This document shows positions 10,448 through 21,578 of a stretch of 35,406 nucleotides of DNA, piece after piece. The stretch lies in the NCBI RefSeq assembly GCF_006345805.1, contig NW_021828065.1, positions 1 through 35,406 of the forward strand, written 5' to 3'. The stretch's first letter is position 1, and every line of letters starts with the position of its first letter. Below the pieces are notes generated by a model. That model was given only the letters and a program-made list of their open reading frames with translations, did not search any database and was not told where the DNA came from. This stretch comes from Octopus sinensis (Eukaryota). The position numbers and the translations under genes were made by a program.

Positions 10448-11817
10448 CAGTTACGGTCAAAATGTTCAGAACGGCATTGTTTTCATCAGAAAAGTAAGTA
10501 TAATTTCTTATCAAAGTTGTTTTATCTTCTATAATTTTCACAGACAATAAATACGACATTATTTGTTATTGTCTGCGATTTTGGTGTAATTTGAGAGGAT
10601 AATACAAAAGTTATGGATGATTTAGTGATTTACTGCAAAACCCATGGCAGCCAAAATGATCAGAACGGTTGCTTTTACTCCGTGTTTTAGTATATTTAAC
10701 CGGCGAACTCAAATGTTTTGAATTTGTTTACGTGACGGTTCGTTTACTAAACATTAGTAAGAATATCTGCAGTGCACTTTAATATAATGCCACTTACTCC
10801 GTTACTAATTCGTCAGCAGATTATTAAGCTTCGAAAGAAGGATAATTTAAGTATTGGGTCTATTGCAAAGATTGTTAACAAGTCAAAAAATGTTGTTCAT
10901 GGTATTCGTGTGAAGCAAGAAAGTCTACAGGTAGGCCAAGAAAAACGACCAAGAGAGAAGATCGTGCTATGGTAAAGTTGGTTAAAAAGGACAGATTTAA
11001 AACTGCTGCTGCTGTTTCTCGGAAAATGAGCATTGTATTGAAGAAAACTTTATCTCGAAAAACTGTGTCTCGTTGTTTAGTTGAACATGACCTACAAGCA
11101 AGAGCACCTGCAGTGTAGCCACTGATCAGCTCCAAGAATAAAAAGTGTTGCCTTACCTTTGCAACCGAACATGTGTTGTGGTTTCAAGAAAAATGGCAAA
11201 CGGTGCATTTCAGTGATGAATCTAAGTTTATGTAATTTGGCTCAGATGGGAAAAGGTACGTTCGTAGAAAAGTAGGTGAAAAATTGTCGCCTAAATGCCT
11301 TAAGACTAGTGTTAAATTTGGTGGAGGAAGTGTCATGGTTTGGGGGATGATATCTGGAGATGTTGTGGGCCCTTTGGTGCGATTACATGGAAAGGTAAAC
11401 GCAGGAGTTTATAAACAACTTGTAAAAGATCATGTCTTGCCTGTGCTAAGAAATTCAACTAAGCGACCACCCATATTCATGCAGGACAATGCCCCATGTC
11501 ACAAGGCTAAGGTGGTCATGAACTTCCTCAAGGCTGAAAAAGTTATTGCTATGGATTGGTCTGCTCAAAGCCCAGATCTCAATTCTATTAAAAATGTGTG
11601 GAATATTCTAGGAGAACGTTCGAATGCCAGAAATCCTACAATAACCGAGCAATTATGGAATGCCCTTCGGGAAGAATGGAATAAGATCACACAGCAAGAA
11701 ATTGAAAATTTAATTTCCCCATGCAGTCGAAGATGTCAGAGTGTGATTGAAGCTAAATATTAAATACTTCCAGTATTCTCTGTCATTTTTAATTATTTTG
11801 TTCTTTTTTCAACCGTT
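10448..11817 (+). mobile_element. Tc1-family DNA transposon, right end lost
   Basis: TA|CAGTTACGGTCAAAATGTTCAGAACGG forms the left end, with an inner direct repeat caaaatgatcagaacgg at 10652-10668. Only caaccgtt (~11810) of the right repeat remains. Confidence 0.85.
10787..11763 (+). pseudogene. Tc1 DD34E-type transposase pseudogene
   Basis: N-terminal HTH (LSIGSIAKIVNKSKNVVHGI), then VHFSDESKF, VKFGGGSVMVWG, FMQDNAPCH and WSAQSPDLNSIKNVW (catalytic E replaced by K). In-frame stops and a frameshift are present. Confidence 0.9.
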
Positions 11818-12210
11818 ATCACTTATAGATAGGCATTTTCCAATCAATCATAATTACAGAAAGCTCTTTAATAGGCATAACTTAAAAATTAGTTTTAGCT
11901 CAATTACTAATTTTAAAAATATAATTGCACACAACACATAAAAACAACAATGACCACCAGCTGTTCATGCAGGGATAAAAATTTGTGCCCGCGAAAATGG
12001 AGCCTGCATGTCCGAGACCATCATTTATGAAGCCACTGTAGTCTCTACAACCACTAAGGACATTGTTTCATCAAATAAATATGTGGGTCTCACAGAGGGG
12101 AATTTCAAAGCCAGGTTCAACAATCACACCTTCAGTTTCAGACACTGGGAAAAAAGAAAAACAACCAAATTATCCAGTAAGGTGTCAACGATAACATCCA
12201 TTGGAAGATC
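11818..12210 (+). mobile_element. Penelope-like element fragment (RT thumb/linker and GIY-YIG endonuclease)
   Basis: LIDRHFPINHNYRKLFNRHNLKISFS..NFKNII, CSCRDKNLCP, IIYEATV...YVGLTEGNFKARFNNHTFSFRH...TKLS. Confidence 0.85.
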
Positions 12211-12454
12211 TCAGTTATGTATTATGTTAGTTATACTTTACCTAGTTGATTCGTTTAATATTGTAGCTAGACCTTGTTTAGTTGATATATGTAGTTTGCA
12301 ACGAGACCTTGCCTTATGTGTAAATTGATATGGAAGGTAAACAGTGACATTGTGTACATATGTACCATGAAGTACATAATCCGTAAGTCTTAGTATGGCA
12401 TTACATCTACGGTAATTTTTATAATGTAGTATGGTAGCTAGAGCCTGTAAAGCT

Positions 12455-12457
12455 ATG

Positions 12458-12509
<52 letters not shown>

Positions 12510-12635
12510 ATACACACATAAATACAAATACACACACACACACACATATATGTATATGTATATATATATAGTTATGTATGTATGTATATTATATGAGTTA
12601 AGTACCTATATATATATATATGTGTGTGTGTGTAT
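12455..12635. repeat. (TA)n/(CA)n/(TG)n microsatellites
   Basis: Direct reading. Confidence 0.95.
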
Positions 12636-13007
12636 AAGCGACAGAGGCAGTATTTGTACTGAGAAATAATATTTATTTCTGCTTAGATATTGATGTTCTG
12701 TTAGAACAAACTATACTGCGGCAGATAACGTGAGAGAAACGCTCAAGCTGGATTTTGGTGCAAAATGCACTCTTGTTTATATCGAGTTGCTAGTAACGAA
12801 ATAGGTTCCCTATTAGCTACTAATTTCCAGACATTCCTATGCACTGTTAACTCCATGCTAATATTTAGCGTGGAGGAAAGAGGTCTGATGTAGCTTAATA
12901 AAGCCATCAGTTGTTATCTGTTTTGCACCTCCATTTCTCCTTTAGTTTATACTTACAGAAATAATACTGATTCGATCTTCAGTACATGCCGCAAAGTGAA
13001 ATAAAAT

Positions 13008-13168
13008 AACGGTTTCAAACTTTGGCAAAAGGTTAGTAAGTTCGTGAGGAGGGGTTAAGTCGAAGGCAAAGTGTACCTCAGTGGAATTTGAACTCAGACT
13101 GTAAAGACGGACGAAGTACGGTTAAGCATTTTGTCCGGTGTGCTAACGATTCTGCCAGCTCGCCGCCT
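13008..13168 (-). mobile_element. SINE family B copy, internally deleted
   Basis: Head ggcggcgagctggcagaatcgttagcacaccggacaaaatgcttaacc...ctgagttcaaattcc on the minus strand. Confidence 0.8.
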
Positions 13169-13463
13169 TGGAGTGAAATCAAATAATTGCAAAATTATTT
13201 AAGCTAATGTCTATAAATACATGTGAGAAACATTCATATGACGTGTGTTAAAAAGATAATATGTTATGATAGCAAATGATAAGCAAACAGCTATGCGCAA
13301 ATCTAATCTTTATAACTTTTATATCGACTGAAATACATCTTGAACAATGAATATACTTTCACATTCCGAATTATATTTTCTGACGAAACCAATCTTTGGA
13401 TGAAACCAAAGATATTACTTTAACACTGCCATTGCAAACTTAAACAGATTTGACATTTCTTTT

Positions 13464-14109
13464 TCAACAGTGGAGCTGCCAATTCTTCAAACACTCCAAG
13501 TCTTCTATCTCTTTATTCAGTTCGGTGTCATCCATTATCTTCAAATCTTCCAGTTCTTTCAGCTCAGGTATCTCCAGATCATCCAGGTCTTTCAACTCAT
13601 TTATCTCCAGATCATCCAGATCTTTCAACTCATTTATCTCCAGATCTTCCAGCTCCTTTAGCTCCGGTATTTCGAGATCTAGTTCCTTCATCTCACTTGC
13701 CTCTAAATCTTCCTTCAGTTCCTTCAGCTCAGGTATCTCCATTTCTTCCAGTTCTTCCAGTTCTTCTAGATCATCCAATTCAGCTATCGCCAGATCTTCA
13801 GGTTCTTTCAGCTCCAGAGTTTCCAGTTCCTTTAGCTCGGGTATTTCCAACTCTTCTAACTTGCTCATACCTGCCTTTAGATCTTTATTCATCTGTTTTT
13901 CCAGTTCCTTCAGTTCCTTCAACTCCTGTGATATCTGCTTTTCCTCCCTTTTTAATTCATCTATCACCTGCACCATAGTTTCGTCCTTCCCTAATTCATC
14001 TTCATGACTCATATTCACCACCTCTGCGAAAAGTTCGTTCAAAGTGAATTGCTTGGGTAGCTTATCAAGGGATATTTCTTACAAGGAAAACGTTGAAGCG
14101 GTGCTTCAT
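13464..14109 (-). CDS. Orphan acidic E/D/L/K-rich protein with 11-aa tandem repeats (ORF 13464-14042; possibly a frameshifted pseudogene starting at 14109)
   Basis: 192 open codons with a repeated unit ELK(E/D)L(E/D)DLEI(P/N) (33 bp) whose copies show synonymous variation. An upstream ATG (MKHRFNVFLV) would join EISLDKLPKQFTLNELF if one A were removed at ~14078. An in-frame ATG (MSHEDE) also exists. Confidence 0.5.
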
Positions 14110-14724
14110 CTGTGAAATTGGAATGAAGTCTGACAGAGTTTACTCTGTGAAGAACTTGGTTAAAGAAAGTGTTGCCGGGGAAATGAAGCAGGTCACACGT
14201 TCTCTCAGAACGTCACACGTTCTCTCAGTACCTGTTGACAACAATGAAGACATCAATTTATTCGCTTAAAAACCCTAAAATACAAGAATTAATGGAATCA
14301 AATAAATAAATAATGAAAAACAAAGAAAAAAAGAAAATAAAAAATTGGAATTCTGGTTTATGACCCCACATAAGCCGCCATAATGTTTTTATTTTTAGGA
14401 ATTTTCAGAAAGTTTTTGCTAATTTGTGTTCTACACCTGGGAATTGATACAACTATGAAAAAAACAATAGAAAAAAATAGTGTGTGATTTAAGGGCGGTT
14501 TAGCTGTTGGTTTTAGCACATTCCATGTTCTCTTTTCTTTGTCACTCTGACACGTAACGATGACTTTCAATGTTTTCCTCCCCAGGAATACATTTGATGG
14601 AATGAGGGTGCACCCCAAGAGGGGTCCATTGCTGGGATTTAAGCAAAAAATTCGGACTGGCCATATTTTAAATCGTGATCAAAAAATAATTGAAAAGGAG
14701 TGGAACTTTTAGGATTTACGATGA

Positions 14725-14727
<3 letters not shown>

Positions 14728-14769
<42 letters not shown>
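14728..14769. repeat. (TG)n microsatellite
   Basis: Direct reading. Confidence 0.95.
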
Positions 14770-14772
<3 letters not shown>

Positions 14773-14885
14773 GGGTGGATTTTAAGTTGTTGTTTTTTTT
14801 CATAATCGTAGAACACAAATTCGGAAACGTTTCCTGAAAATTCCTAAAAATGGAGAAAAAAAATATGAGGGGTGTATACAATGAG

Positions 14886-15190
14886 GAGGATTCCTGCTGA
14901 TCCGATCAACGGAACAGCCTACTCGTGGAATTAGCGTGCAAAAGAGGCTGAGCATTCTACAGACGTGTGTTTCCCTTAACGTAGTTCTCAGAGAAATTCA
15001 GCGTGGCACAGAGTGTGACAAGGCTGACCCTTTGAAATAAAGGTACAACTCATTTTTGCTAGCTGGGTGGACTGGAGCAACGTGAAATAAAGTGTCTTGC
15101 TCAAATGACACAACGCGTCGCCGGGAATTGAGCTCATGACCTTATGGTCGTGAGCCGAATATCTTAACCACTAGGCCATGCGCCTTCACT
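14886..15190 (-). mobile_element. tRNA-derived SINE family C
   Basis: Minus strand gtgaaggcgcatggcctagtggttaag (A box)...gagctcaattccc (degenerate B box), then gtgtcatttgagcaagacact...ctccagtccacccagct as a conserved SINE body. Confidence 0.8.
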
Positions 15191-15254
15191 CGACGGGTTG
15201 TATGGAGGGCTTCAACCAGAAAAACAACGACTGACTGATAAGTTTGCGCTTAAT

Positions 15255-16020
15255 TACTTCTTCTTTCTACTCTTTGCCCCAAAGCGTGAAATTTTCTGGG
15301 AGGGAGGTTATTCGCTGACATCGACTTATTTTATCGATTTCGAAAGAACGAAATGCAAATTCGATCTCGGCAGATATTTTGATACAGAACATAAAGCTGG
15401 TAAAGGGTCAGTGATGTCAACGGCTGAAGGGTTCTACCGGAAGAGCAGAAGTGAGGAAGGTCACGTGGGATGGACAGAAGTAGGACCAACGTAGGGCCCT
15501 TTTCCTCGGTGGCTGCGGATGCCGACGGGCGCGCGTGAACCTACGAGCTAGAGGGATCTTGGCCGTTAGGTTTTGGCCAGAGGTTCGCTGGGTAGATCGC
15601 CTTTCGGATGTAATCCAGCTGCAAAGTCGACACTGCGCCTCATACTTCTGGAAGAAATCACGTGGAGGCATATGGCCTAATGGTTAGAGCAGCGGACTCG
15701 CGGTCGGGGTTCGAATCTCAGTCTGGGTGATGTGTGTTTTTATGAGCGAAAACACCTAGGCTCCACGCGGCTCCGGCAGAAGGTAATGGCGAACTTCTGC
15801 TGACTCTTTCGCCACGACTTTCTCTCACTCTTTCCTCCTGCATCTTGCAGCTCACCTGCGACGGACCGGTGTCCCGTCCAGGTGGGGAACCTATACGCCA
15901 AGGAAACCGGGAAACCGGCCCTTATGAGCCAGGCATGGCTCGAGAAGGAGCAAAGAAGAAGAAGTAGTCACGCTGAGCACTATTGTCCGGCGTGCCGACG
16001 GTTCTGCCTGGTCGCCGCTT
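15255..16020 (-). mobile_element. Degenerate SINE family B copy split by a ~570-bp insertion (halves ~15255-15397 and ~15972-16020)
   Basis: The left part matches the family B body and tail. The right part (tgtccggcgtgccgacggttctgcctggtcgccgc) matches the head. Confidence 0.55.
15662..15964 (+). mobile_element. tRNA(Arg-like)-derived SINE family D with V/Meta-like domain and (GAA)n tail
   Basis: ggaggcatatggcctaatggttagagcagcggactcgcggtcggggttcgaatctc (A box, TCG anticodon-like loop, B box), then cctgcgacggaccggtgtcccgtccagg and a gaagaagaag tail. Confidence 0.8.
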
Positions 16021-16267
16021 TTACTTATTTAATTAAAGTGAAAAGAAATAGATTGATTAAAAACAAAACAAGCAAAAGCCCAGACAGGTAATTAAACAAT
16101 TAATCAAACAGGTAAACTTACAAACGAAAGGAAAATAGAAAGAGAAAGAAAGAATTGATTGATAATGATATCAGTAAATTAAATAGAAATAATTCTAATT
16201 TGTTGTTTGATTAATTAGAAATCAATCAACCAAATATTTAAATGCAGAGAAAGGAAGGTAGGGAGAG

Positions 16268-16311
<44 letters not shown>

Positions 16312-16919
16312 CAAAGGAGACATAGTATAAAGGCAGTGAATTCAATTGTAATAAAATGAATGATAAATGTTATATTTGAATCAGTCGGTTATTAATGACC
16401 AAATGAAGCAGGCAAAAATACAAAGAGAAGTAGTGTTAAAGACGGAAATAGAGAAAGGAAAGTCTTTAAGACGAAAGGAGAAAAGAAAGGAAAAGAGAGT
16501 TGGTTGATTAAGTTATCAGTTAAATTATGAAAATAAGACAGGGATTAATTCAAAGCCAATGAACCAATAAGAAATATAATAAATCAACCCGTGACTAACT
16601 TGAAGCACCAATTCTAAAGAAAGCCAAGTAGAAGTGAGAAAAACCTTCAGTTTGTTTCTTTAGGAATCCAACGTCATAATGTCTGCCGTCAACCTTCATG
16701 ACGTAATTTCAAGAATTTTTTGACGAATCTAATCAACAGCCATTCAAGGTTATTAAAGAAATCTGGTTTGATGAGAATGCAATATACTGTGAACGTTTTG
16801 CGTTCAAATCCCGTTGAATTTATTCATTTTTACAATCAGTTCTTCAAGGGTTGAAAAACTGAAGTAGCAGTGGACTTGTTATAGTTCCTATCCTATTTGT
16901 GAACAATCGAGATTGTTTA

Positions 16920-17205
16920 TGGAAGTCGATTACTTCGACCCTAGTAGCTGACTGATTTTATCGGACTTTGAACTCAGAACGTAAAGACGGCCGAAATGCC
17001 GCTAAACATTCTGCCAGTTCGCTGCCTGACTAGAATCTATAAATAATCCTTTCTACTTGAGGCACAAGGCCTGAAATTTTGGGGGAGGGGCCTAGTCGAT
17101 TACATTGACCTCAGTGTTTCACTGGTACTTAATTTATCGACTCCGAAAGGAAGGAAAGGCGGAATTTGAACTCAGAACGCAAAGGACGAAATGCTAAGCA
17201 TTTGG
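16920..17205 (-). mobile_element. Two adjacent SINE family B copies (~16920-17030 and ~17041-17205)
   Basis: Both contain tttgaactcagaacg. The second has the full tail ataatcctttctacttgaggcacaaggcctgaaattttggggg. Confidence 0.8.
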
Positions 17206-17209
17206 TGCA

Positions 17210-19605
17210 GCTTTTTCTACTTCTATAGCGATTACTCTATGGATGTGCCTTCACGTTCGATGAATGTTTCAATGTGGAACCAACGTGTGTTGCCCGGTCA
17301 TCCTCCCTGGCAACGCCATCGCTGTCATTACCGCGGAGCGCAGCTTAGCACATAATTTGTTCTGGGGGACGTAGACCATCACACCTCCCCCTACGACTTC
17401 CGCTGCTTTGCCCCCTTTTTCTTTTTCTTGATTGGTTCAGGCCAAGGCGCAAGTCAAGCGTGACGCCGGAACAAACGAGCAAGATTTCCCGCCACTTTTA
17501 GCTGAACCTGACAGCTTGAACACCACCACCACCACCACCATCAGCATTAACAACAACAGCAACAACAAAACCAAGGTCGCAAGGCCATTCACCGTCACCG
17601 CCACCAATGACTCCACCATCAACACCGACACCACCACCACGGTGGCTTCCGGTTACTATAACTGCTTCCTGTGCTAACGATACCACTACCACCACCAACA
17701 ACAACAAAACCAAGGTCGCTAGGCCATTCACCGTCACCGCCACCAAAGACCATGCCGTCAATACCAACGCCACCACTTCAATATCTGCTGCTACGGCTGC
17801 CTCCCCTGCCATTGACACCACCAAGAACGACAATAACAACAACAACAACAACAATTCCCTTCAGCCCTTGCTCCCTCCACCACCAACAACTGAAGGAGAG
17901 AAAGAAAAAGCCACGACCACCAAACGAATTGCCGAAATCTGCTCAAATGCAGGGGCAAATTATGCAAACAATTTTCCACCTCTTCCTAGTTGCATAATCA
18001 ACAGCCATACACGGGATATACCCACAACTGTCACCTCTGCCATCAACACCAACACCACCACCACCACCACCACCAGCAACAACAACAACAACAAAACAAC
18101 AACAAATTTCGCCGAGGCGATAAAAGAAAAAAGACAATAGTATCTTTTACTGCACAGCAGATAAAAGATACTAAAGCATTAGTCACCAAAGAAAATGGCA
18201 AAGTGCAACTAAATATACCACAACATATACTAGATGACGAAAAAAAAAAACAATTATATATAAAATAACAAACAGTACAACTAAAAGTCCAGAAAAAGCA
18301 AACACAGACAAAAATAAAAAATACCTACGCCCTATCTGGGGATATAAAGAGTATGTGACATGGTGGAACAAGTTTGCCCATGTACAAGTGGTTTTTCAAA
18401 ATGAAGAGTTAGCAAAACAATTCTCAACGCTAACTCTTCATTCAGACGACCTAATAATGATACCCAGCTACCTTGGCCAGAAGGTAACAAAAGTCATAAT
18501 CAACAATGTTCCTCAAATAGCAGACAGACTCTGGGTAACATCAGCCATATGTGTCGAAATGGAGGACATAAATATCCTACAAATCGCTGTTTCTGCACAC
18601 AAAAACTGGGTGGAAAAGAGACTGGAGATTCTTCTCCACATAAACCAAGACGCCATTAATAAAATACCCACCCATATACATCTATCGGAGGACCACAAAT
18701 TGTATGTAGTAGTCGAGGGCAGAAGACCACGCTGCTATATATGCGGCAGTGAAGCACACCTTAAAAAGGATTGCAAATCTTCCGCGAAACAACAGCAACA
18801 ACAACAACCGCAGGAAAAACCAAAAAAAAAACAGCATTATTTCGCACACTACAATATGCACAACTGATCAAGCAGTTATACGCAGAAATGCAAGAAAAGC
18901 AACAACGAACGAACCAACCCAACCAAACAACACCACCACCTGCGCCAAGAACAGAAACAACACCACCACCACCACCAACTAAAGATAAACCAATTGCAAC
19001 ACCAAGAACAACTACAATGAATGAAGAAGAGACAGTTACTACTCCCAATCCCCCAACAACACACACCCCACAACAATACCTACAATCACACAAACAGAAA
19101 ATACTCATACCCCACCTCCCAAAACCCATACACCACACCCCAACGGTCACCAACCAGCACCAACGCCAACAACAAAGTCAATACAGTAAGAAATAGACCA
19201 CAATACACTTCCCCTCCCACTCTCTGATTCCTCTGACATGTCATCAGATGAAGACGACACAGAGGATTGGCAAATAGCCACGGGTGGGGGGGGGGGAGAA
19301 AAGGGGGAAAAATGAATAGAGAAGCAGACAAGCAAAGCAGGGAGGTTTACCACTCCCGAAACTAAAACATCCGCAGAAAACAAGCATATCAACACAAACA
19401 CCCCCCCCCAACAATGTTGACAGCCATAAACACCAACAACGCCGACCTAATGGAATACATTAGGTGAAACACCAACATAACCGAAAATGATACCAAAACA
19501 AAGAATCACCAACGCACAACACCACCGCAACACATTAAAATCCTACACAGAACACAGAACACACACAGCACCCTGAAATCTCTCTACCCTGATGCAGTTG
19601 GGAGA
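17210..19605 (+). mobile_element. gag/ORF1-like region of a non-LTR (L1/Tx1-like) element with no ORF2 visible
   Basis: GC-richer leader, Thr/Asn low-complexity N-terminus ending NFAEAIK, a globular segment ending VEGRRPRCYICGSEAHLKKDC (CX2CX4HX4C zinc knuckle), and a Pro/Thr/Gln-rich tail. Strong A/C strand bias throughout. Confidence 0.65.
17607..19196 (+). pseudogene. Frameshifted ORF1-like zinc-knuckle protein
   Basis: The ORF pieces 17607-18140, ~18130-18250, 18241-18867 and ~18830-19196 can be joined by frame changes at A-runs (18127-18132, 18240-18250, 18822-18831). Confidence 0.6.
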
Positions 19606-19626
19606 TTTCAAAAATATTTGTCCAAA

Positions 19627-20033
19627 TAGGCGCAGGAGTGGCTGTGTGGTAAGTAGCTTGCTAACCAACCACATGGTTCCGGGTTCAGTCCCACTGCGTG
19701 GCATCTTGGGCAAGTGTCTTCTGCTATAGACCCGGGCCGACCAATGCTTTGTGAGTGGATTTGGTAGACGGAAACTGAAAGAAGCCTGTCGTATATATGC
19801 ATATATATATAAGTGTGTGTGTATATATGTTTGTGTGTCTGTGTTTGTCCCCCTAGCATTGCTTGACAACCGATGCTTGTGTGTTTACGTCTCCGTCACT
19901 TAGCGGTTTGGCAAAAGAGACCGATAGAATAAGAACTGGGCTTACAAAGAATAAGTCCCGGGGTCGATATGCTCGACTAAAGGCGGTGCTCCAGCATGGC
20001 CGCAGTCAAATGACTGAAACAAGTAAAAGAGTA
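19627..20033 (+). mobile_element. SINE family A full-length copy
   Basis: ggcgcaggagtggctgtgtggtaag...ccgggttcagtcccactgcg...cagtcaaatgactgaaacaagtaaaagagta. It is close to the reverse complement of 31468-31871. Confidence 0.92.
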
Positions 20034-20054
20034 TACATACATGCGCGCGCACAC

Positions 20055-20478
20055 ACAGACATCCAGAAGGAGCCGGAATTTCGCAATGTTATTCTATTCC
20101 CTTAGTTTTACGTGTTTACACTTTTATCGCCTTCACATAACTTATTCTCCATTTGAACCAATGCCTCGGTCCGGATGCATTTTCCACCGTTGGAAGCAGT
20201 GCTGGAACTCTTGCCAAGTGTTGCCCTTTAACGCATCCCTCATTTTTTCTTCTTCACCTCTTCCACATCTGCAAATTCCCTAGCACCAGTTTTTGTCCCC
20301 GGAGATGACCTTCGAAAAAAAAGGTCCAGATCAACTTCCAACCGTTCCTTCGGTTCTTGACACACGTTCAGTCATGACTGCTTTTGATCTTCCACGAAGA
20401 AGTGAGGCACAAATTTGGTTGCAACTCTTTTCATTCCCAAAATTCGTTGACAGGAACTCCAGGACACACCAGTCATAT
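20055..20478 (-). mobile_element. mariner deletion derivative, 3' half
   Basis: Minus strand MTGVSWSSCQRIL..KRVATKFVPH..EDQKQ...KVISGD joined directly to FADVEEVKKK...ALKG..WQEFQHCFQRWK. The catalytic core between them is missing. Confidence 0.8.
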
Positions 20479-21063
20479 TGTAGTGGATGCGTGGATGTAT
20501 TAATAAATACATAAGTGTTTTGTAATAAATTAAAGATTTATTATCACTACATCAATTTGTAAGCAATGCTACACATCGCTTGTACAAAATGCATATTAAA
20601 TAGTGGTTGCAAATAATACATATTAAAGGAATGCATAATACATGATACACATTAAAGCAGAATATGTTTGATGGTGTGTGTGTGTGTGTATGTGTAAATC
20701 ATGCAGTACAGAGTCACCTTTCTGAATATTCTTTCGTCGTCCTCATAAATGCGTGGCGTTCTCAATAGCGTTGGTTCGGGTTCTCTGCAGATACCTATTT
20801 CTCCGTTCTATTTATAACATCTCAAATAGCCAGAAAAATAGATATACCGCAAGAGAGTTATCATTAAAGTAGGTCGCTGGTCGTCCTGTTAAACTTCGTC
20901 TGACCTGCTCGGGTCAGAGGTCGAAGGGAGACGATCCATCATTTTTTTGTCAGAACAAAGAGATTCTGATTTCGCGCCTTTTTGTGCATTGGTATTTTAC
21001 GACCAATGATTCTTGGGTCTGATTTCGAATCCAAGCTTTGAGAAGGAAGTGCTAATTCTTACA
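20479..21063 (-). repeat. 3' LTR (585 bp)
   Basis: Begins tgtagtgg and ends ttcttgggtctgatttcgaatccaagctttgagaaggaagtgctaattcttaca, a string repeated at 23443-23496. Confidence 0.88.
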
Positions 21064-21076
21064 CTACCCCCCTTCT
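21064..21076 (-). other. Polypurine tract of the Gypsy element
   Basis: Minus strand agaaggggggtag lies immediately before the LTR's tgtaag. Confidence 0.8.
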
Positions 21077-21578
21077 AGTGAGAAAGCCACAGAGATCGAA
21101 CGATATTGGAAATGTATCATTATTATTATTATTTTTTTTTTGATTGTGTGCATGTAAGGTTTACAATTTGTATGTGCTATATGGTGGGCAATATGTATAT
21201 GTGCCCAGGCAGAATTATGTTGGCGCGTTGAAAGAGATGTGCGTCTATTGATTACTCGACCTACTAGAGGTCTAATAGAGACAAGGTATCTTTCAGTGGC
21301 GAAAAAAAATCGAGTGATAGCACGCATGAGAACAAGATTTGTAAATGTGTGTGGATATACAGTTAGCAAAAAAATATATTTATGAGAAAGCAAACATTTT
21401 GAAGAGAAAACAAAAAAATATGTACATGCAAAAATGAAAGAAATGTTCATCGGCAAAGTTCGATTTTGAAATGTTCCGTAAAAGTTCATACAGACAGTTT
21501 TTTGTTTTCATTTTTTTTTTCTTTACGTACACAAATGTTCTTTGATTTCTCTGGGTGGGTGATGCAGTTATGTGTTCA

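Noticed and set aside
13450-14007. 185-aa Ser/Phe-rich plus-strand ORF
   Set aside because: It is the antisense shadow of the acidic repeat ORF and starts at a non-ATG codon.
15662-15725. tRNA-Arg gene (similarly the heads at 19627 and 15190)
   Set aside because: A/B boxes are present but there is no complete cloverleaf, and the sequence continues into a SINE body and tail.
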